Shown one piece after another: positions 16,441 to 29,622 of a DNA stretch of 64,000 bases. Each line of letters starts with the position of its first letter. The first letter of the stretch is position 1. Location of the stretch: positions 4,229 to 68,228 of the forward strand of contig JBNKUL010000057.1 in assembly GCA_050298555.1 (NCBI GenBank), written 5' to 3'. The position numbers were made by a program, and so were the translations under genes. Under the pieces are notes generated by a model. That model saw only the letters and a program-made list of their open reading frames with translations, was not told where the DNA came from and did not search any database. This stretch comes from Thiohalomonadaceae bacterium (lineage in GTDB: Bacteria > Pseudomonadota > Gammaproteobacteria > Thiohalomonadales > Thiohalomonadaceae).

Positions 16441-18171
16441 ATGGCGAGCTCTAGTATGAATGTCAGTTTGAGCGGCCTGGCTCGCAAGCTGGTCAATGAC
16501 GGCCTGCTGAGTGAAGAGGCGGCCGTCAAGGCCACCGAAACGGCACAACAGGAGAAGCGCCCCTTCGTCAGCTATGTGGTGGCGGAGGGACTTGTCGACT
16601 CCCTGGCATTGGCCTCCACCGCGGCGCAGGAGTTCGGCGTGCCGCTGTTCGATATCGACGTGGTCGAGCTCGATGATGAGGTCACCAAGCTCGTCGACGA
16701 AAAGCTGATACGCAGCCACCACGCCCTGCCCCTGTTCAAGCGCGGCAATCGCCTGTTTGTCGCCGTCTCCGACCCCACCAACCTGGCCGCCCTGGACAAC
16801 ATCAAGTTCCACGTGGGCGTCACCACCGAGGCTGTGCTGGTTCAGGAAGACAAGCTGACCCGGGTAATTGAAAAGGCGATGGAGGCGGGCAGTGCCGCCT
16901 CCCTCGGCGAGGGGCTGGACGATGCCGACCTCGACGGCCTGGAGGTCAGCGCCGAGGACGAGGACAAGGAAGACGAGGGGCTGGATAAGGAGATCGACGA
17001 CGCCCCGGTCGTGCGCTTCGTCAACAAGATCCTGCTCGACGCCATCAACAAGGGGGCGTCGGATATCCACTTCGAGCCGTATGAGAAGCGCTACCGCGTG
17101 CGCTTCCGCACCGACGGTATGCTCAAAGAGGTCGCCTCGCCGCCGATCCAGCTGGCCGGCAAGATCGCCGCCCGCGTCAAGGTCATGTCGCGCCTCGATA
17201 TCTCCGAGAAACGGGTACCGCAGGACGGCCGTATCAAGCTGACCCTGTCGAAGAACAAAGCGATCGACTTTCGTGTCAACACATGCCCTACCCTGTTCGG
17301 CGAGAAGATCGTACTGCGTATTCTCGACCCCTCCAGTGCCAAGCTGGGTATCGATGCCCTGGGTTATGAGCCGGAGCAGAAGCAGCTCTACATGGACAAC
17401 CTGGCAAAGCCTTACGGCATGATCCTGGTGACCGGCCCCACCGGTTCCGGTAAGACCGTATCGCTCTACACCGGCCTCAACATCCTCAACACCGAGGACG
17501 TCAACATCTCCACCGCAGAGGACCCGGCTGAGATCAATCTCGAGGGGATCAACCAGGTCAATGTGAACGATAAGGTGGGGCTGACCTTCGCCGCGGCACT
17601 TAAAGCGTTTTTGCGTCAGGACCCGGACATCATCATGGTGGGTGAGATCCGTGACATGGAGACGGCGGAGATCGCCGTCAAGGCGGCACAGACCGGCCAC
17701 ATGGTAATGTCCACCCTGCACACCAATGACGCGCCGCAGACTATCACCCGTCTGATGAACATCGGCATCCCGCCCTACAACATCGCCGCCGCGGTAAACC
17801 TGATCATCGCCCAGCGCCTGGGGCGCCGCCTCTGCAGCCACTGCAAGGAGGTCGACGATGCGCCGAAGGAGGCCCTGCTGGAGGAGGGCTTCAGCGAGGA
17901 GGAGATCGATGCGGGGATGAATATCTACAAGGCCAACCACGAGGGTTGCGATCAATGCTCCGGTGGCTACAAGGGGCGGGTCGGCATCTACCAGGTCATG
18001 CCCATGTCCGAGGAGATGGGGCGCCTCATCATGAAGGGCAACGCCACCTCCTATGACATCGCCGATCAGGCGGCGAAAGAGGGTATTCCGGATATCCGCC
18101 AGTCTGCACTGAAAAAGGTAAAGAACGGCCTCACCAGCCTGGAAGAAGCCAACCGCGTGACTAAGGACTAA
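16441..18171 (+). CDS. pilB: Type IV pilus assembly ATPase
   Basis: GspE/PilB family. Walker A GPTGSGKT, MVGEIRD, and the tetracysteine CSHC...CDQC. Confidence 0.95.
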   Translation: MASSSMNVSLSGLARKLVNDGLLSEEAAVKATETAQQEKRPFVSYVVAEGLVDSLALASTAAQEFGVPLFDIDVVELDDEVTKLVDEKLIRSHHALPLFKRGNRLFVAVSDPTNLAALDNIKFHVGVTTEAVLVQEDKLTRVIEKAMEAGSAASLGEGLDDADLDGLEVSAEDEDKEDEGLDKEIDDAPVVRFVNKILLDAINKGASDIHFEPYEKRYRVRFRTDGMLKEVASPPIQLAGKIAARVKVMSRLDISEKRVPQDGRIKLTLSKNKAIDFRVNTCPTLFGEKIVLRILDPSSAKLGIDALGYEPEQKQLYMDNLAKPYGMILVTGPTGSGKTVSLYTGLNILNTEDVNISTAEDPAEINLEGINQVNVNDKVGLTFAAALKAFLRQDPDIIMVGEIRDMETAEIAVKAAQTGHMVMSTLHTNDAPQTITRLMNIGIPPYNIAAAVNLIIAQRLGRRLCSHCKEVDDAPKEALLEEGFSEEEIDAGMNIYKANHEGCDQCSGGYKGRVGIYQVMPMSEEMGRLIMKGNATSYDIADQAAKEGIPDIRQSALKKVKNGLTSLEEANRVTKD

Positions 18172-18174
18172 ACC

Positions 18175-19404
18175 ATGGCTGAAAAAGCAAAACTCGACAC
18201 CTTTGTCTGGGAGGGGACGGACAAGCGGGGCGCCAAAAAGGGCGGCGAGATGCCCGGCCAGAGCGTATCCATGATTCGCGCGGAGCTGCGCAAGCTTGGC
18301 ATCACCCCCATTAAGGTAAAAAAGAAGCCCAAGGCCATCTTTGGCGGCGGTGGCCCCAAGGGAAAGAAGATCATCCCCAAGGACATCGCCATTTTCTCCC
18401 GCCAGATGGCGGTGATGATGTCCTCGGGGGTACCACTGGTGCAGTCCTTCGACATCATGGGTAAGGGTGCGGAGAACCCCAACATGCGTGCCCTGATCTA
18501 CGCCATTAAGGGCGACGTCGAGGGCGGTGCCACCCTGGCAGAGGCGTTCAGGAAACACCCGCAGCACTTCGATGACCTTACCTGCAACCTGGTCCATGCC
18601 GGTGAGCAGGCGGGTATCCTGGAGAGCCTGCTGGACAAGATTGCCACCTACAAGGAGAAGACCGAGGCCCTGAAGGGCAAGATCAAGAAGGCACTGTTTT
18701 ACCCAACAGCAGTACTTGTCGTCGCCTTTATTATCACCGCAGTGCTACTGATCTTCGTTATCCCCCAGTTCGAGGCGCTGTTCTCCGGCTTCGGTGCCGA
18801 CCTGCCGGCGCTCACCGCCTTCGTGGTGAAACTGTCGAAATTCTTTCAGGAGCAGTGGTTCTTCATCTTCGCTGGCATCGGTGCAATCGTATACAGCTTC
18901 AAACAGGCAAAACAGCGTTCAAAAGCCTTCCGCGAGGGCATTGAGCGCATGTCGCTGAAGGCACCGGTCATCGGCGAGTTGCTCAACAAGGCGGCCATTG
19001 CCCGCTTCTCCCGTACCCTCTCCACCATGTTCGCCGCCGGCGTCCCCCTGGTTGAGGCAATGGAGTCGGTAGCCGGCGCCGTGGGTAACGTGGTCTACCG
19101 TGAGGCGGTGCTGGGTATGCGCGATGATATCTCCACCGGTACCTCGATCACCGCGAGTATGGAACAGGCCGGGATCTTCCCCAACATGGTAACTCAGATG
19201 ACCTCTATCGGTGAGGAGGCGGGCTCGCTCGATACCATGCTGGGAAAGGTGGCCGATTTCTACGAGCAGGAGGTGGACGACGCCGTGGACGCCCTCACCA
19301 GCCTGCTGGAGCCGCTGATCATGGCCTTCCTCGGTGTCGTTGTCGGCGGCCTGGTACTCGCCATGTACCTGCCTATCTTCAAGATGGGCGATGCGGTTCT
19401 GTAA
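18175..19404 (+). CDS. pilC: Type IV pilus inner-membrane platform protein
   Basis: GspF/PilC duplicated domains, three TM segments, and a position between pilB and pilD. Confidence 0.95.
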   Translation: MAEKAKLDTFVWEGTDKRGAKKGGEMPGQSVSMIRAELRKLGITPIKVKKKPKAIFGGGGPKGKKIIPKDIAIFSRQMAVMMSSGVPLVQSFDIMGKGAENPNMRALIYAIKGDVEGGATLAEAFRKHPQHFDDLTCNLVHAGEQAGILESLLDKIATYKEKTEALKGKIKKALFYPTAVLVVAFIITAVLLIFVIPQFEALFSGFGADLPALTAFVVKLSKFFQEQWFFIFAGIGAIVYSFKQAKQRSKAFREGIERMSLKAPVIGELLNKAAIARFSRTLSTMFAAGVPLVEAMESVAGAVGNVVYREAVLGMRDDISTGTSITASMEQAGIFPNMVTQMTSIGEEAGSLDTMLGKVADFYEQEVDDAVDALTSLLEPLIMAFLGVVVGGLVLAMYLPIFKMGDAVL

Positions 19405-19424
19405 CGCCCCACTCCTGAGTCACT

Positions 19425-20303
19425 ATGTTTAACAACCTGATATCTCTGCTGCAGGCCGAACCCGGCCTGCTCACCTTCTGCTGTGGCCTGCTGGGGCTGA
19501 TTATCGGCAGCTTCCTCAATGTGGTGATCTACCGCCTGCCGGTGATGATGCAGCGCTCCTGGCGTCAGCAGTGCCAGGAGTTGCTGGAGCTGGAAGCAGA
19601 ACAGGAGCAGGAGCGCTTCAATCTGGCGACCCCTGCCTCACGCTGTCCCGGCTGCGGCCACAAGATTGGCGCGCTGGAGAACATCCCCGTGCTTAGCTTT
19701 CTGCTGCAAAAGGGACGCTGTAAGCACTGCGGCATCAAGATCTCGCCGCGTTACCCCGCCATCGAACTGCTAAGCGCCCTTATCAGTGCCGCGGTAGCCT
19801 GGCAGCTGGGCTTCGGCCTGCCGCTCGCCTTCGCCCTGCTGCTGAGCTGGGCGCTTATCGCACTGACCTTCATCGACTTCGATCACCAACTGCTGCCCGA
19901 CGACATCACCCTGCCACTGCTGTGGCTGGGGCTGCTGCTGAGCACCGTCAACGTCTTTACCGACATGCAGTCGAGCATTATCGGCGCGGCGGCCGGTTAC
20001 CTCTCCCTGTGGACGGTCTACCAGCTGTTTAAGCTCATTACCGGCAAGGAGGGGATGGGTTACGGCGACTTCAAGCTGCTCGCCGTATTCGGCGCCTGGT
20101 TCGGCTGGCAGGCACTACCGATGGTGATCCTGCTCTCCTCCCTGGTCGGCGCGGTTGTCGGCATCTCCCTGATCCTGATGCTCGGTCGAGACCGCCAGCT
20201 ACCCATCCCCTTCGGTCCCTATCTCGCCGCCGCCGGCTGGATCGCCATGCTGTGGGGCGACACCATCATCAGCGGCTACTGGCGCTTTATGGTGCAGGGC
20301 TAG
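19425..20303 (+). CDS. pilD: Prepilin leader peptidase / N-methyltransferase
   Basis: Motifs CPGCGHKI...CKHCG and the catalytic GYGDFKLL. Polytopic. Confidence 0.95.
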   Translation: MFNNLISLLQAEPGLLTFCCGLLGLIIGSFLNVVIYRLPVMMQRSWRQQCQELLELEAEQEQERFNLATPASRCPGCGHKIGALENIPVLSFLLQKGRCKHCGIKISPRYPAIELLSALISAAVAWQLGFGLPLAFALLLSWALIALTFIDFDHQLLPDDITLPLLWLGLLLSTVNVFTDMQSSIIGAAAGYLSLWTVYQLFKLITGKEGMGYGDFKLLAVFGAWFGWQALPMVILLSSLVGAVVGISLILMLGRDRQLPIPFGPYLAAAGWIAMLWGDTIISGYWRFMVQG

Positions 20304-20311
20304 GCTCCACT

Positions 20312-20905
20312 GTGCTGCGCATCGGCCTGACCGGCGGCATCGGCAGCGGCAAGAGTGCCGTCTGCGAGCGCTTTACGAAACTGGGCGCGCCCGTCATCGA
20401 CACCGATACCATCGCCCGTGACCTGGTCAAACCAGGAGAGCCCGCGTTGCTGCAAATCGCCGAACTCTTCGGCGAAGAGGTCATACAGGCTAACGGCAGC
20501 CTGGATCGCGCCCGCATGCGCGAGCTGGTATTCATTGATGAGGCAAAACGGGCACAGCTTGAGGCCCTGCTCCACCCCCTGATCCGCCAGGAGATGCAGC
20601 GCCAGATCGCGCTTCTGAAAACCCCTTACGTCATCCTCGCCATCCCGCTGCTAATAGAAAAGGGGTGGCAACAGCAGCTGGACCGGGTACTAGTGGTCGA
20701 TTGCAGCGAAGCACTACAGCGCGAACGGGCTCTCAAGCGTGACGGCAGCTCGCCGCAGACCATCGACGCCATCATCGCCAGCCAGGTTGGGCGCGACGAG
20801 CGCCTCGCCGCTGCAGACGATATTATCGACAACAACGGCAGCATCGAAGCACTGCAGGGGCAGGTAGAAGCGCTGCACCGCCACTACCTTGCCCTGAACA
20901 ACTGA
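20312..20905 (+). CDS. coaE: Dephospho-CoA kinase
   Basis: VLRIGLTGGIGSGKS P-loop at the N-terminus. I prefer the GTG at 20312, just after the pilD stop, over the ORF-track start at 20252, which lies inside pilD. Confidence 0.9.
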   Translation: MLRIGLTGGIGSGKSAVCERFTKLGAPVIDTDTIARDLVKPGEPALLQIAELFGEEVIQANGSLDRARMRELVFIDEAKRAQLEALLHPLIRQEMQRQIALLKTPYVILAIPLLIEKGWQQQLDRVLVVDCSEALQRERALKRDGSSPQTIDAIIASQVGRDERLAAADDIIDNNGSIEALQGQVEALHRHYLALNN

Positions 20906-20966
20906 TCCCCCAACTGCGGATTAGGCTTATAATGTGTCGACAGCCCAAAACCAATAGCGCAGCCTA

Positions 20967-21737
20967 ATGACGAAACCCGCACAGATCATCTACGAGCACC
21001 CGCTGCACGAGCGCGTCCGTACCATGCTGCGCCTGGAGCACCTGTTTCGTCTCGCCGCACACTACCTGAAGGGACAGAGCAACTGGGACAGCCGCATCTT
21101 CATCAACACCCTTATCGACATCCTAGATATCTTCTCCCGCGGTGACCTGAAGAACGAGTTGATCAAGGAGCTGGAGCGCTCTGCCGCCACCCTTAACAGC
21201 CTGATAGAGAACCCGCAGGTCGACAGTAGCCGCCTCACCACCATCCTTAAGGCGATGGAGCGGCTGATCGACAACCTGCACGGTATGAAGTACCAGCCTG
21301 GGCATGAACTGCGCGAGGACGAATTCCTCAGCGCGGTGCGCCAGCGCAGCACCATCCCCGGCGGCACCTGCGACTTCGATCTGCCCGCCTACCACCGTTG
21401 GCTGGAGCGGCCCTGGGAGGAGAGGGAGCGTGAACAGAAGGCGTGGTTTGCCCAGCTCGACCCGATCCGTCAGGCCATTGAGCTGCTGTTAAAGATGGTC
21501 CGCAACAGCGCCGACCCGGTGGCGGCCGAGAGCCCGGACGGCGGTTACCAGCAAAATCTCGACAGCAGCCTGCCTTACCAGCTGCTGCGGGTGAGCCTGC
21601 CCGCCGACTCGCCCTACTACGCCGAGATTAGCGGCAGTCGTCACCGCTTCACCATTCGCTTCCTGCGTCCCACCAAGGAACGGCCGAAACTGGCTGGCGA
21701 GCCCGTCTCCTTCAAGATCACCTGTTGCAGCCTGTGA
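20967..21737 (+). CDS. zapD: Cell division protein ZapD (FtsZ-associated)
   Basis: The N-terminus [21 protein letters not shown] matches the E. coli ZapD pattern (FEHPLNEKMRTWLRIE). Conserved coaE-zapD-yacG order. Confidence 0.85.
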   Translation: MTKPAQIIYEHPLHERVRTMLRLEHLFRLAAHYLKGQSNWDSRIFINTLIDILDIFSRGDLKNELIKELERSAATLNSLIENPQVDSSRLTTILKAMERLIDNLHGMKYQPGHELREDEFLSAVRQRSTIPGGTCDFDLPAYHRWLERPWEEREREQKAWFAQLDPIRQAIELLLKMVRNSADPVAAESPDGGYQQNLDSSLPYQLLRVSLPADSPYYAEISGSRHRFTIRFLRPTKERPKLAGEPVSFKITCCSL

Positions 21738-21919
21738 GCAAACCCAGCGTCGTCAAGTGTCCCACCTGCGGTAAGCCGGTGGAGTGGTCGGAGAAGAGCC
21801 CGTGGCGCCCCTTCTGCAGCGAGCGCTGCCGCCTCATTGATTTGGGGGAGTGGGCCGACGAGGGGCACCGCATAGCGGGTGAGCCACACTTCCCGCCGGA
21901 AGAGGATGAAAGGTATTAG
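21725..21919 (+). CDS. yacG: DNA gyrase inhibitor YacG (zinc finger)
   Basis: Motif [10 protein letters not shown]...[16 protein letters not shown]. Start is uncertain (TTG at 21725 or GTG at 21734). Confidence 0.85.
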   Translation: MQPVSKPSVVKCPTCGKPVEWSEKSPWRPFCSERCRLIDLGEWADEGHRIAGEPHFPPEEDERY

Positions 21920-22341
21920 TGTTCCGCGCTAAAGGGGAAGCGTATCCGATAGTCGGTACCGTCACGGCGGTATTCCAGGATGGCGACCCAGTCACTGCGT
22001 GAGGCGGTACAGACCGGCAGAGTGACCTTTCCGTGCCATGCCCCCTCCGCGCGAAGCAGGCGGTAGCGATTGATCCCCATCTCCATACCAACCATCTGAA
22101 AGTCGATCAACAGCTGCTCGATGTCTGCACCATCCTCGAACACCGCGCGCGCGGCAAAGGGCTGCAGCGCCTTCACCCCGGGGCCGAGCGTCAGCTCCAC
22201 CTCACTCCCCTCGACAGTGACGCGGCAACTCATGCGCGCCGCATCGCAGCCGGAGGCCTCTGCCTGCACCACCCTGCCCGTCTCCTCCGAGCCGCAGGCG
22301 GCCAACATAACCAACAGCAGCCCCATCAACAATCGTCTCAT
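21916..22341 (-). CDS. Small lipoprotein of unknown function
   Basis: [20 protein letters not shown] (lipobox) from the ATG at 22341. This ATG overlaps the stop of the upstream mutT-thiE-like gene (ATGA). The gene's 3' end overlaps yacG convergently by 4 nt. Confidence 0.5.
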   Translation of the reverse strand: MRRLLMGLLLVMLAACGSEETGRVVQAEASGCDAARMSCRVTVEGSEVELTLGPGVKALQPFAARAVFEDGADIEQLLIDFQMVGMEMGINRYRLLRAEGAWHGKVTLPVCTASRSDWVAILEYRRDGTDYRIRFPFSAEH

Positions 22342-23288
22342 CCACACTCTCCTGCGCCGTCCCACAATGCACGTATCGCCGCTATCCCCTGGGCGCCATG
22401 GCGCCACGCCTCAGCCAAATCCTCGGGCGACATGCCGCCGAGGGCATAAAGCGGCACTGTGCACTGCTCAGCCAGCTCCTGGAACGCCCGCCACCCCATC
22501 GCCTGCGCCCCCGGATGGGAGGCGGTCGGCTTCACCGGCGAGAGCAGCGCGAAATCGACGCCGATGCGCTCCGCCTGTTGCAGCTCCTGAATAGTGTGGC
22601 AGGAGGCGGCAAGCAGCTTGTCCTCCCCTATTGGTCGCTCGCTACACGCCATCAGGCGGTGCGAGTTGAGGTGGATGCCCGCCGCCCCGCTATCATCAAG
22701 TAAACCGGGATCGGCATTGAGCAGCAGCCGGGCACCGTATCGTTCACACAACTCCACGGCTTGATGCACCAGTCCAGGGTCCAGGTTACTGCTGCGCAGC
22801 TGCAGCAGGGAGATCCCGGCCTCCAGCGAGCGCCGTAGTTGCGGCAAGAATCCATCACCCGGTTCCGGGGTGATCAGATAGCAGGGAGGCAGTTGTGCCG
22901 CACGGATGATGGGGCCGTTGGCGGCGGGGAATTCATACTCCCCCAGCCGAGGCTTTTCGACCCACAATATGGGTTGCCCCTCGGCCCCATGCGGCTCGCC
23001 GTCAAACTGACTGACCAGCCAGACGTCGAGCAGCACCTTACGATCAGCATAGTCGTGGGGGATACGGATCAGCGGCCGGGCCTGGCGTAGCGCTATGGAG
23101 AGCTCCTCGCGCAGTTCACGCGCCAGGGCAGCCTCCACCGTCTCGCCCGGCTCCACCTTGCCACCGGGAAACTCCCACAGCCCCCCCTGATGGAGGTGAG
23201 CGTGGCGTTTGGCGATCAGCACCTCGCCCTTGCCGTTGTCGATGACGGCGACGACTACGTGGAGGGTATCAGGTGCGGTACTCGGCAT
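22338..23288 (-). CDS. Fusion protein: N-terminal MutT/Nudix hydrolase plus C-terminal ThiE/TenI-like (thiamine-phosphate synthase fold) domain
   Basis: The Nudix box is [31 protein letters not shown]. The C-terminal half (LRSSNLD..., GIHLNS..., ASCHT..., [14 protein letters not shown]..., PLYALGGM) looks like a TMP-TENI domain. The start at 23288 overlaps the argJ 3' end by 20 nt. Confidence 0.8.
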   Translation of the reverse strand: MPSTAPDTLHVVVAVIDNGKGEVLIAKRHAHLHQGGLWEFPGGKVEPGETVEAALARELREELSIALRQARPLIRIPHDYADRKVLLDVWLVSQFDGEPHGAEGQPILWVEKPRLGEYEFPAANGPIIRAAQLPPCYLITPEPGDGFLPQLRRSLEAGISLLQLRSSNLDPGLVHQAVELCERYGARLLLNADPGLLDDSGAAGIHLNSHRLMACSERPIGEDKLLAASCHTIQELQQAERIGVDFALLSPVKPTASHPGAQAMGWRAFQELAEQCTVPLYALGGMSPEDLAEAWRHGAQGIAAIRALWDGAGECG

Positions 23289-24483
23289 TAATGCGCACGT
23301 AGTCGTAGGAGAAGTCGCAGGTCCACAGCACCGCCTGCGACTCACCACGCGCCAGCTCGACCCGAATGGTGATCTCGTCATGATCCATCACCGTCTGCCC
23401 CAGCTCCTCACGGTAGTCGGGGTCGCGGCCACCATCGCGCACGATACAGACATCGCCCAGGTGGATGGTGAGCGCCTCCAGGTCCAGGTCGGTGATACCG
23501 GCACGCCCCACCGCGGCGAGGATACGCCCCCAGTTGGGGTCGCTGGCGAACAGCGCCGTCTTCACCAACGGCGAGTGGGCGATGGTGTAGGCTACCTGCT
23601 CGCACTCCTCCTCGTCGCGGCCGCCGTTGACCTCGATGGAGATGAACTTGGTCGCCCCCTCACCGTCACGCACGATGAGCTGTGCCAGCTGTTGGCAGAC
23701 TTCGCTGAGCGCGGCTGCAAATTGCGCGTACCCCTCGCTACCCTCTTCGATGCGGACACCACTCTGTCCGCTCGCCACCAGGACACAGGCGTCGTTAGTG
23801 GAGGTATCGCCGTCGACGGTAATGCGGTTAAAGGAGCTATTCACCGCCTCGTTGAGGCACTGCTGCAGCAGCGGCTGGGCCACCTCCGCATCGGTGGCCA
23901 CATAGGCGAGCATGGTCGCCATATCTGGCCGGATCATGCCGGAGCCCTTGGAGATACCGGTAATGGTGACCGTCTTGCCGTCCAGCTCCAGCTGGCGACT
24001 CGCCCCCTTGGCCACGGTGTCGGTGGTCATGATGCCGTGGGCGGCATCCTCCCAGCCGTCCGCATCCAGGGCGGCGGGAAACCCGGACAGGGTGTCGAGG
24101 ATCTTCGCCATCGGCAGCGGCTCACCAATCACCCCGGTGGAAAAGGGCAATACCTCTTCGGCCTCACACCCCATCACCTCGGCAAGGCGGGCGCAGCTTT
24201 CGCGGGCATCACGCATTCCCACCTCGCCGGTGCCGGCATTGGCGTTGCCGGTATTGACCAGCAGGTATCGGGGAGAGCCCTTTTCCAGGTGCTCCCGCGC
24301 CACCACTACCGGTGCGGCGCAGAAGGCGTTACGGGTAAAGACCGCCGCCACGCTGCTGCCCGGCTGTAGCGAGAACAGCACCAGGTCACGCCGGCCTGGC
24401 TTCTTGATGCCGGCACTGAGCGTCGCCACCTCAACACCCGCCACCGGCTGAAGCCGTGGCAAGCCCTGATAACCTACCGCCAT
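23269..24483 (-). CDS. argJ: Bifunctional ornithine acetyltransferase / N-acetylglutamate synthase
   Basis: Full-length ArgJ with the autoprocessing site ...[13 protein letters not shown] and C-terminal NAEYRT. Confidence 0.95.
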   Translation of the reverse strand: MAVGYQGLPRLQPVAGVEVATLSAGIKKPGRRDLVLFSLQPGSSVAAVFTRNAFCAAPVVVAREHLEKGSPRYLLVNTGNANAGTGEVGMRDARESCARLAEVMGCEAEEVLPFSTGVIGEPLPMAKILDTLSGFPAALDADGWEDAAHGIMTTDTVAKGASRQLELDGKTVTITGISKGSGMIRPDMATMLAYVATDAEVAQPLLQQCLNEAVNSSFNRITVDGDTSTNDACVLVASGQSGVRIEEGSEGYAQFAAALSEVCQQLAQLIVRDGEGATKFISIEVNGGRDEEECEQVAYTIAHSPLVKTALFASDPNWGRILAAVGRAGITDLDLEALTIHLGDVCIVRDGGRDPDYREELGQTVMDHDEITIRVELARGESQAVLWTCDFSYDYVRINAEYRT

Positions 24484-24515
24484 TGTTTCTATCTCCTCAA
24501 ATTAATGCCAGCCGC

Positions 24516-27239
<2,724 letters not shown>

Positions 27240-27352
27240 TGATCGTTCTAATCCTGTCTACATCGTCGGGCGTATGCCCAATACTCCATCACCGGTCCAG
27301 GCCGGACAATAATGGAGCCTTATTCTACCTGAGAGGTCGCTGTGATGCGCGA

Positions 27353-28579
27353 CTATGGCGAGGCGCCAAGGCTGGCCGTGGCGGCCGCAGAGGGTTTGAT
27401 GCTGAGGTGGCCGTCATCGGCAATGAGGAGGCGGCCCTGGGGGAAGTCCTGCTCGGTCAGGTCGCGTATCAGCCGTGCGGCCTGGTGTTTGGAATCGGGA
27501 ATAGGGCCGTAGGGGCGCTTCTGGATATTGGAGTGGATTTGGCCGGAGACAAAGCGCCCCTCCTCATCCAGGGTGGCGAGCAGGATCGGTGCCAGCCCGT
27601 TGACGCCACGCACATTGATTCCCCAATAGGTGGCAAAGTTTCCCAGGCTGTAGGCGATCAGGCGTCCCTGATGGAGTTCCATGGCGCGCGGCACGTGGGG
27701 GCCGTGGCCGATCACCAGGTCGGCGCCCGCCTCCACCGCCATGCGGCCGAAGGCCACCACATCGCCGCGCTGCTCACCGTGGAAGGTCTCCATCGCAAAG
27801 GGCAGACGCGTCTTCTCGGCCCCCTCGGCACCGCCGTGGAAGGAGACCAGCAGGATGTCACTCTGGGAGGCGAGCCGTTCGATCAGTGAACGCCCCGCCT
27901 CCATATCATTCATGTCGTGCGAACCGCCAAAGGGTGCAAAGGCCACCATCGCCATCTTCAGGCCACCCTGATCCCAGGTGGCGATATCACCAACACGGCC
28001 GCTGTGGCGGATGCCCGCCTGCTGCAGGGCGCGCATGGAGGCGTCACGCCCCTCCTCACCGAAGTCGCGGGCGTGGTTATTGCCCAGGCTCATTACATCG
28101 AAGCCGGCCCCGGCCAGAGTGGCGGCATAGGACTCGGGTGAGCGGAACAGGTAACAGCGCGAGGGGTTGCTACAGCGCTTGCGCGGCTCACCGCCGTCCA
28201 GCAACACCCCCTCAAGATTACCGAAGGTGATATCGGCCTGCTGCAGCACCGGCGCCACCGGCGACAGCAGGGCCGCTGCATCATCGGCAAGGCGATATTG
28301 GGGATAATCGCTGCCGAGCATAATATCGCCCACCGCGGCAAAGGTGATCTGCCGTGGCGGCTGGGGCTCAGCTGGGGGGATAGGAGTGGTAGAGGGGGAA
28401 GCGGCGTCGATGACCGATGCCGCCCTGTGCGCATCGAGCGCCTTTGTCTGCTCATCGGCCACGTCGGGCCGGGTAGCAACCCCGCTGCAGGCCGCCTGAA
28501 TCAGCGTGGCACACAACAGCGCCACCCTGCCCAGGGCACGACGAGGGGCGATATCAGAGAGTGTTCGCGGGGTGTTCAT
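27353..28579 (-). CDS. CapA/PGA_cap-family metallophosphatase-like lipoprotein
   Basis: Lipobox LIQAACSG. Motifs FAAVGDIMLG, NLEGVL and SLGNNHARDFG. I prefer the ATG at 28579, because the ORF-track start at 28603 lies inside a hairpin. Confidence 0.75.
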   Translation of the reverse strand: MNTPRTLSDIAPRRALGRVALLCATLIQAACSGVATRPDVADEQTKALDAHRAASVIDAASPSTTPIPPAEPQPPRQITFAAVGDIMLGSDYPQYRLADDAAALLSPVAPVLQQADITFGNLEGVLLDGGEPRKRCSNPSRCYLFRSPESYAATLAGAGFDVMSLGNNHARDFGEEGRDASMRALQQAGIRHSGRVGDIATWDQGGLKMAMVAFAPFGGSHDMNDMEAGRSLIERLASQSDILLVSFHGGAEGAEKTRLPFAMETFHGEQRGDVVAFGRMAVEAGADLVIGHGPHVPRAMELHQGRLIAYSLGNFATYWGINVRGVNGLAPILLATLDEEGRFVSGQIHSNIQKRPYGPIPDSKHQAARLIRDLTEQDFPQGRLLIADDGHLSIKPSAAATASLGASP

Positions 28580-28590
28580 ACTGCCTAATG

Positions 28591-28617
28591 AAAAAAGCCG
28601 CACCAGAAGGTGCGGCT
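28591..28617 (-). terminator. Hairpin plus T-run after the M23 peptidase gene (terminator or intercistronic attenuator)
   Basis: Minus strand reads AGCCGCACC-TTCT-GGTGCGGCT followed by TTTTTT. It lies only ~12 nt upstream of the CapA-like start, so termination may be partial. Confidence 0.4.
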
Positions 28618-28632
28618 CGTCGCGGCCGACCC

Positions 28633-29556
28633 TTAGCGGGATGCCTGAATGTACTTTAGGGGGTCGACGGTCTTGCCGTTGGCCCAGACTTCGAAGTGGA
28701 CATGGGGTCCGGTGGAACGTCCGGTATTACCCATCAGCGCGACCGTCTGTCCCTTCTTCACCGTCTCACCCACCTTCACCAACAACTCCTTGGCATGACC
28801 GTAGCGGGTCACGTAGCCGTTGCCATGGGTGATCTCGACCAGGTTGCCGTAGCCATAACGCTTACCCGACCAGGAGACGACACCGGCGGCCACAGAGATG
28901 ATGTCACTGCCCTCCTTGCCGGCCAGGTCGACCCCCTTGTGGAAGTCGGGCTTACCGGTGAAGGGGTCGTTACGGGTACCGTATTTGGAGGAGAGCCAGC
29001 CCTTCTTGATGGGACGTCCAGCCGGGAAGACCTCGTCATTGAGGTTGCGGCTCATCAGCAGGTTCTCCAGCACATTGAGCTGCTGCTCACGGTCCTCCAG
29101 CTGCAGGGAAAGCTCATCGAGCTGGCTCATGAAATCGGGGATCTCTGTGCTCTCGCTCGCGCCACCGCTTTGCGGACCACCCTGGGCCGGGGGATTGGAG
29201 AAATCGAATTCGCCCTTGTCGAGGTCGGCCATGCGGGTCAGCCGCTGCCCCAGGGCATCGAGGCGAATAACGTGGGCCTGCATCTGACCCAGGCGCAGGG
29301 TCAGGGCATTGAGGTTCTCCTCGGCGCTGCGCTTGGCCTCGCTGATCTCAGCAAGTTGTTGATCCAGCTGCTGATTCATCACCGTGGTGACCTCATCGGC
29401 ACTCATTGCGCCGCCGCCGCTGCCGTAGCGGTAACCCGCATAGACGCTAAGGGCGGGGAGCACGATAAAGAGCGACATGGCAGCGGCGATCAACTTACCC
29501 CTGTTCAGGCAGAGACAGGATGAGCCGAAGCGTTTTGATACCAGCAGGACATTCAT
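28633..29556 (-). CDS. M23-family murein metalloendopeptidase with an N-terminal anchor and coiled coil
   Basis: Motif FHKGVDLAGKEGSDI...GYGNLVEITHGNGYVTRYGH...GNTGRSTGPHVHFEV. Confidence 0.88.
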   Translation of the reverse strand: MNVLLVSKRFGSSCLCLNRGKLIAAAMSLFIVLPALSVYAGYRYGSGGGAMSADEVTTVMNQQLDQQLAEISEAKRSAEENLNALTLRLGQMQAHVIRLDALGQRLTRMADLDKGEFDFSNPPAQGGPQSGGASESTEIPDFMSQLDELSLQLEDREQQLNVLENLLMSRNLNDEVFPAGRPIKKGWLSSKYGTRNDPFTGKPDFHKGVDLAGKEGSDIISVAAGVVSWSGKRYGYGNLVEITHGNGYVTRYGHAKELLVKVGETVKKGQTVALMGNTGRSTGPHVHFEVWANGKTVDPLKYIQASR

Positions 29557-29622
29557 TATACTTGCCTTAAGTATTTTTCGTTTTGTAATCAGCGATTTGG
29601 ATTTGTATCACACATCATCTAT

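Noticed and set aside
16284-16535. 83-aa minus-strand ORF upstream of pilB as a candidate divergent pilA
   Set aside because: It has no prepilin leader (no G|FTLIE-type N-terminus) and no hydrophobic N-terminal helix, and it overlaps the pilB start. I judge it spurious.
16351-18597. 748-aa ORF on the minus strand, the longest unexplained ORF in the track
   Set aside because: It lies exactly antisense to pilB and the start of pilC, which are unmistakable. The translation is Arg/Gly/Ala/His/Asp/Leu-rich low-complexity sequence with no motifs, typical of a shadow ORF in high-GC DNA.
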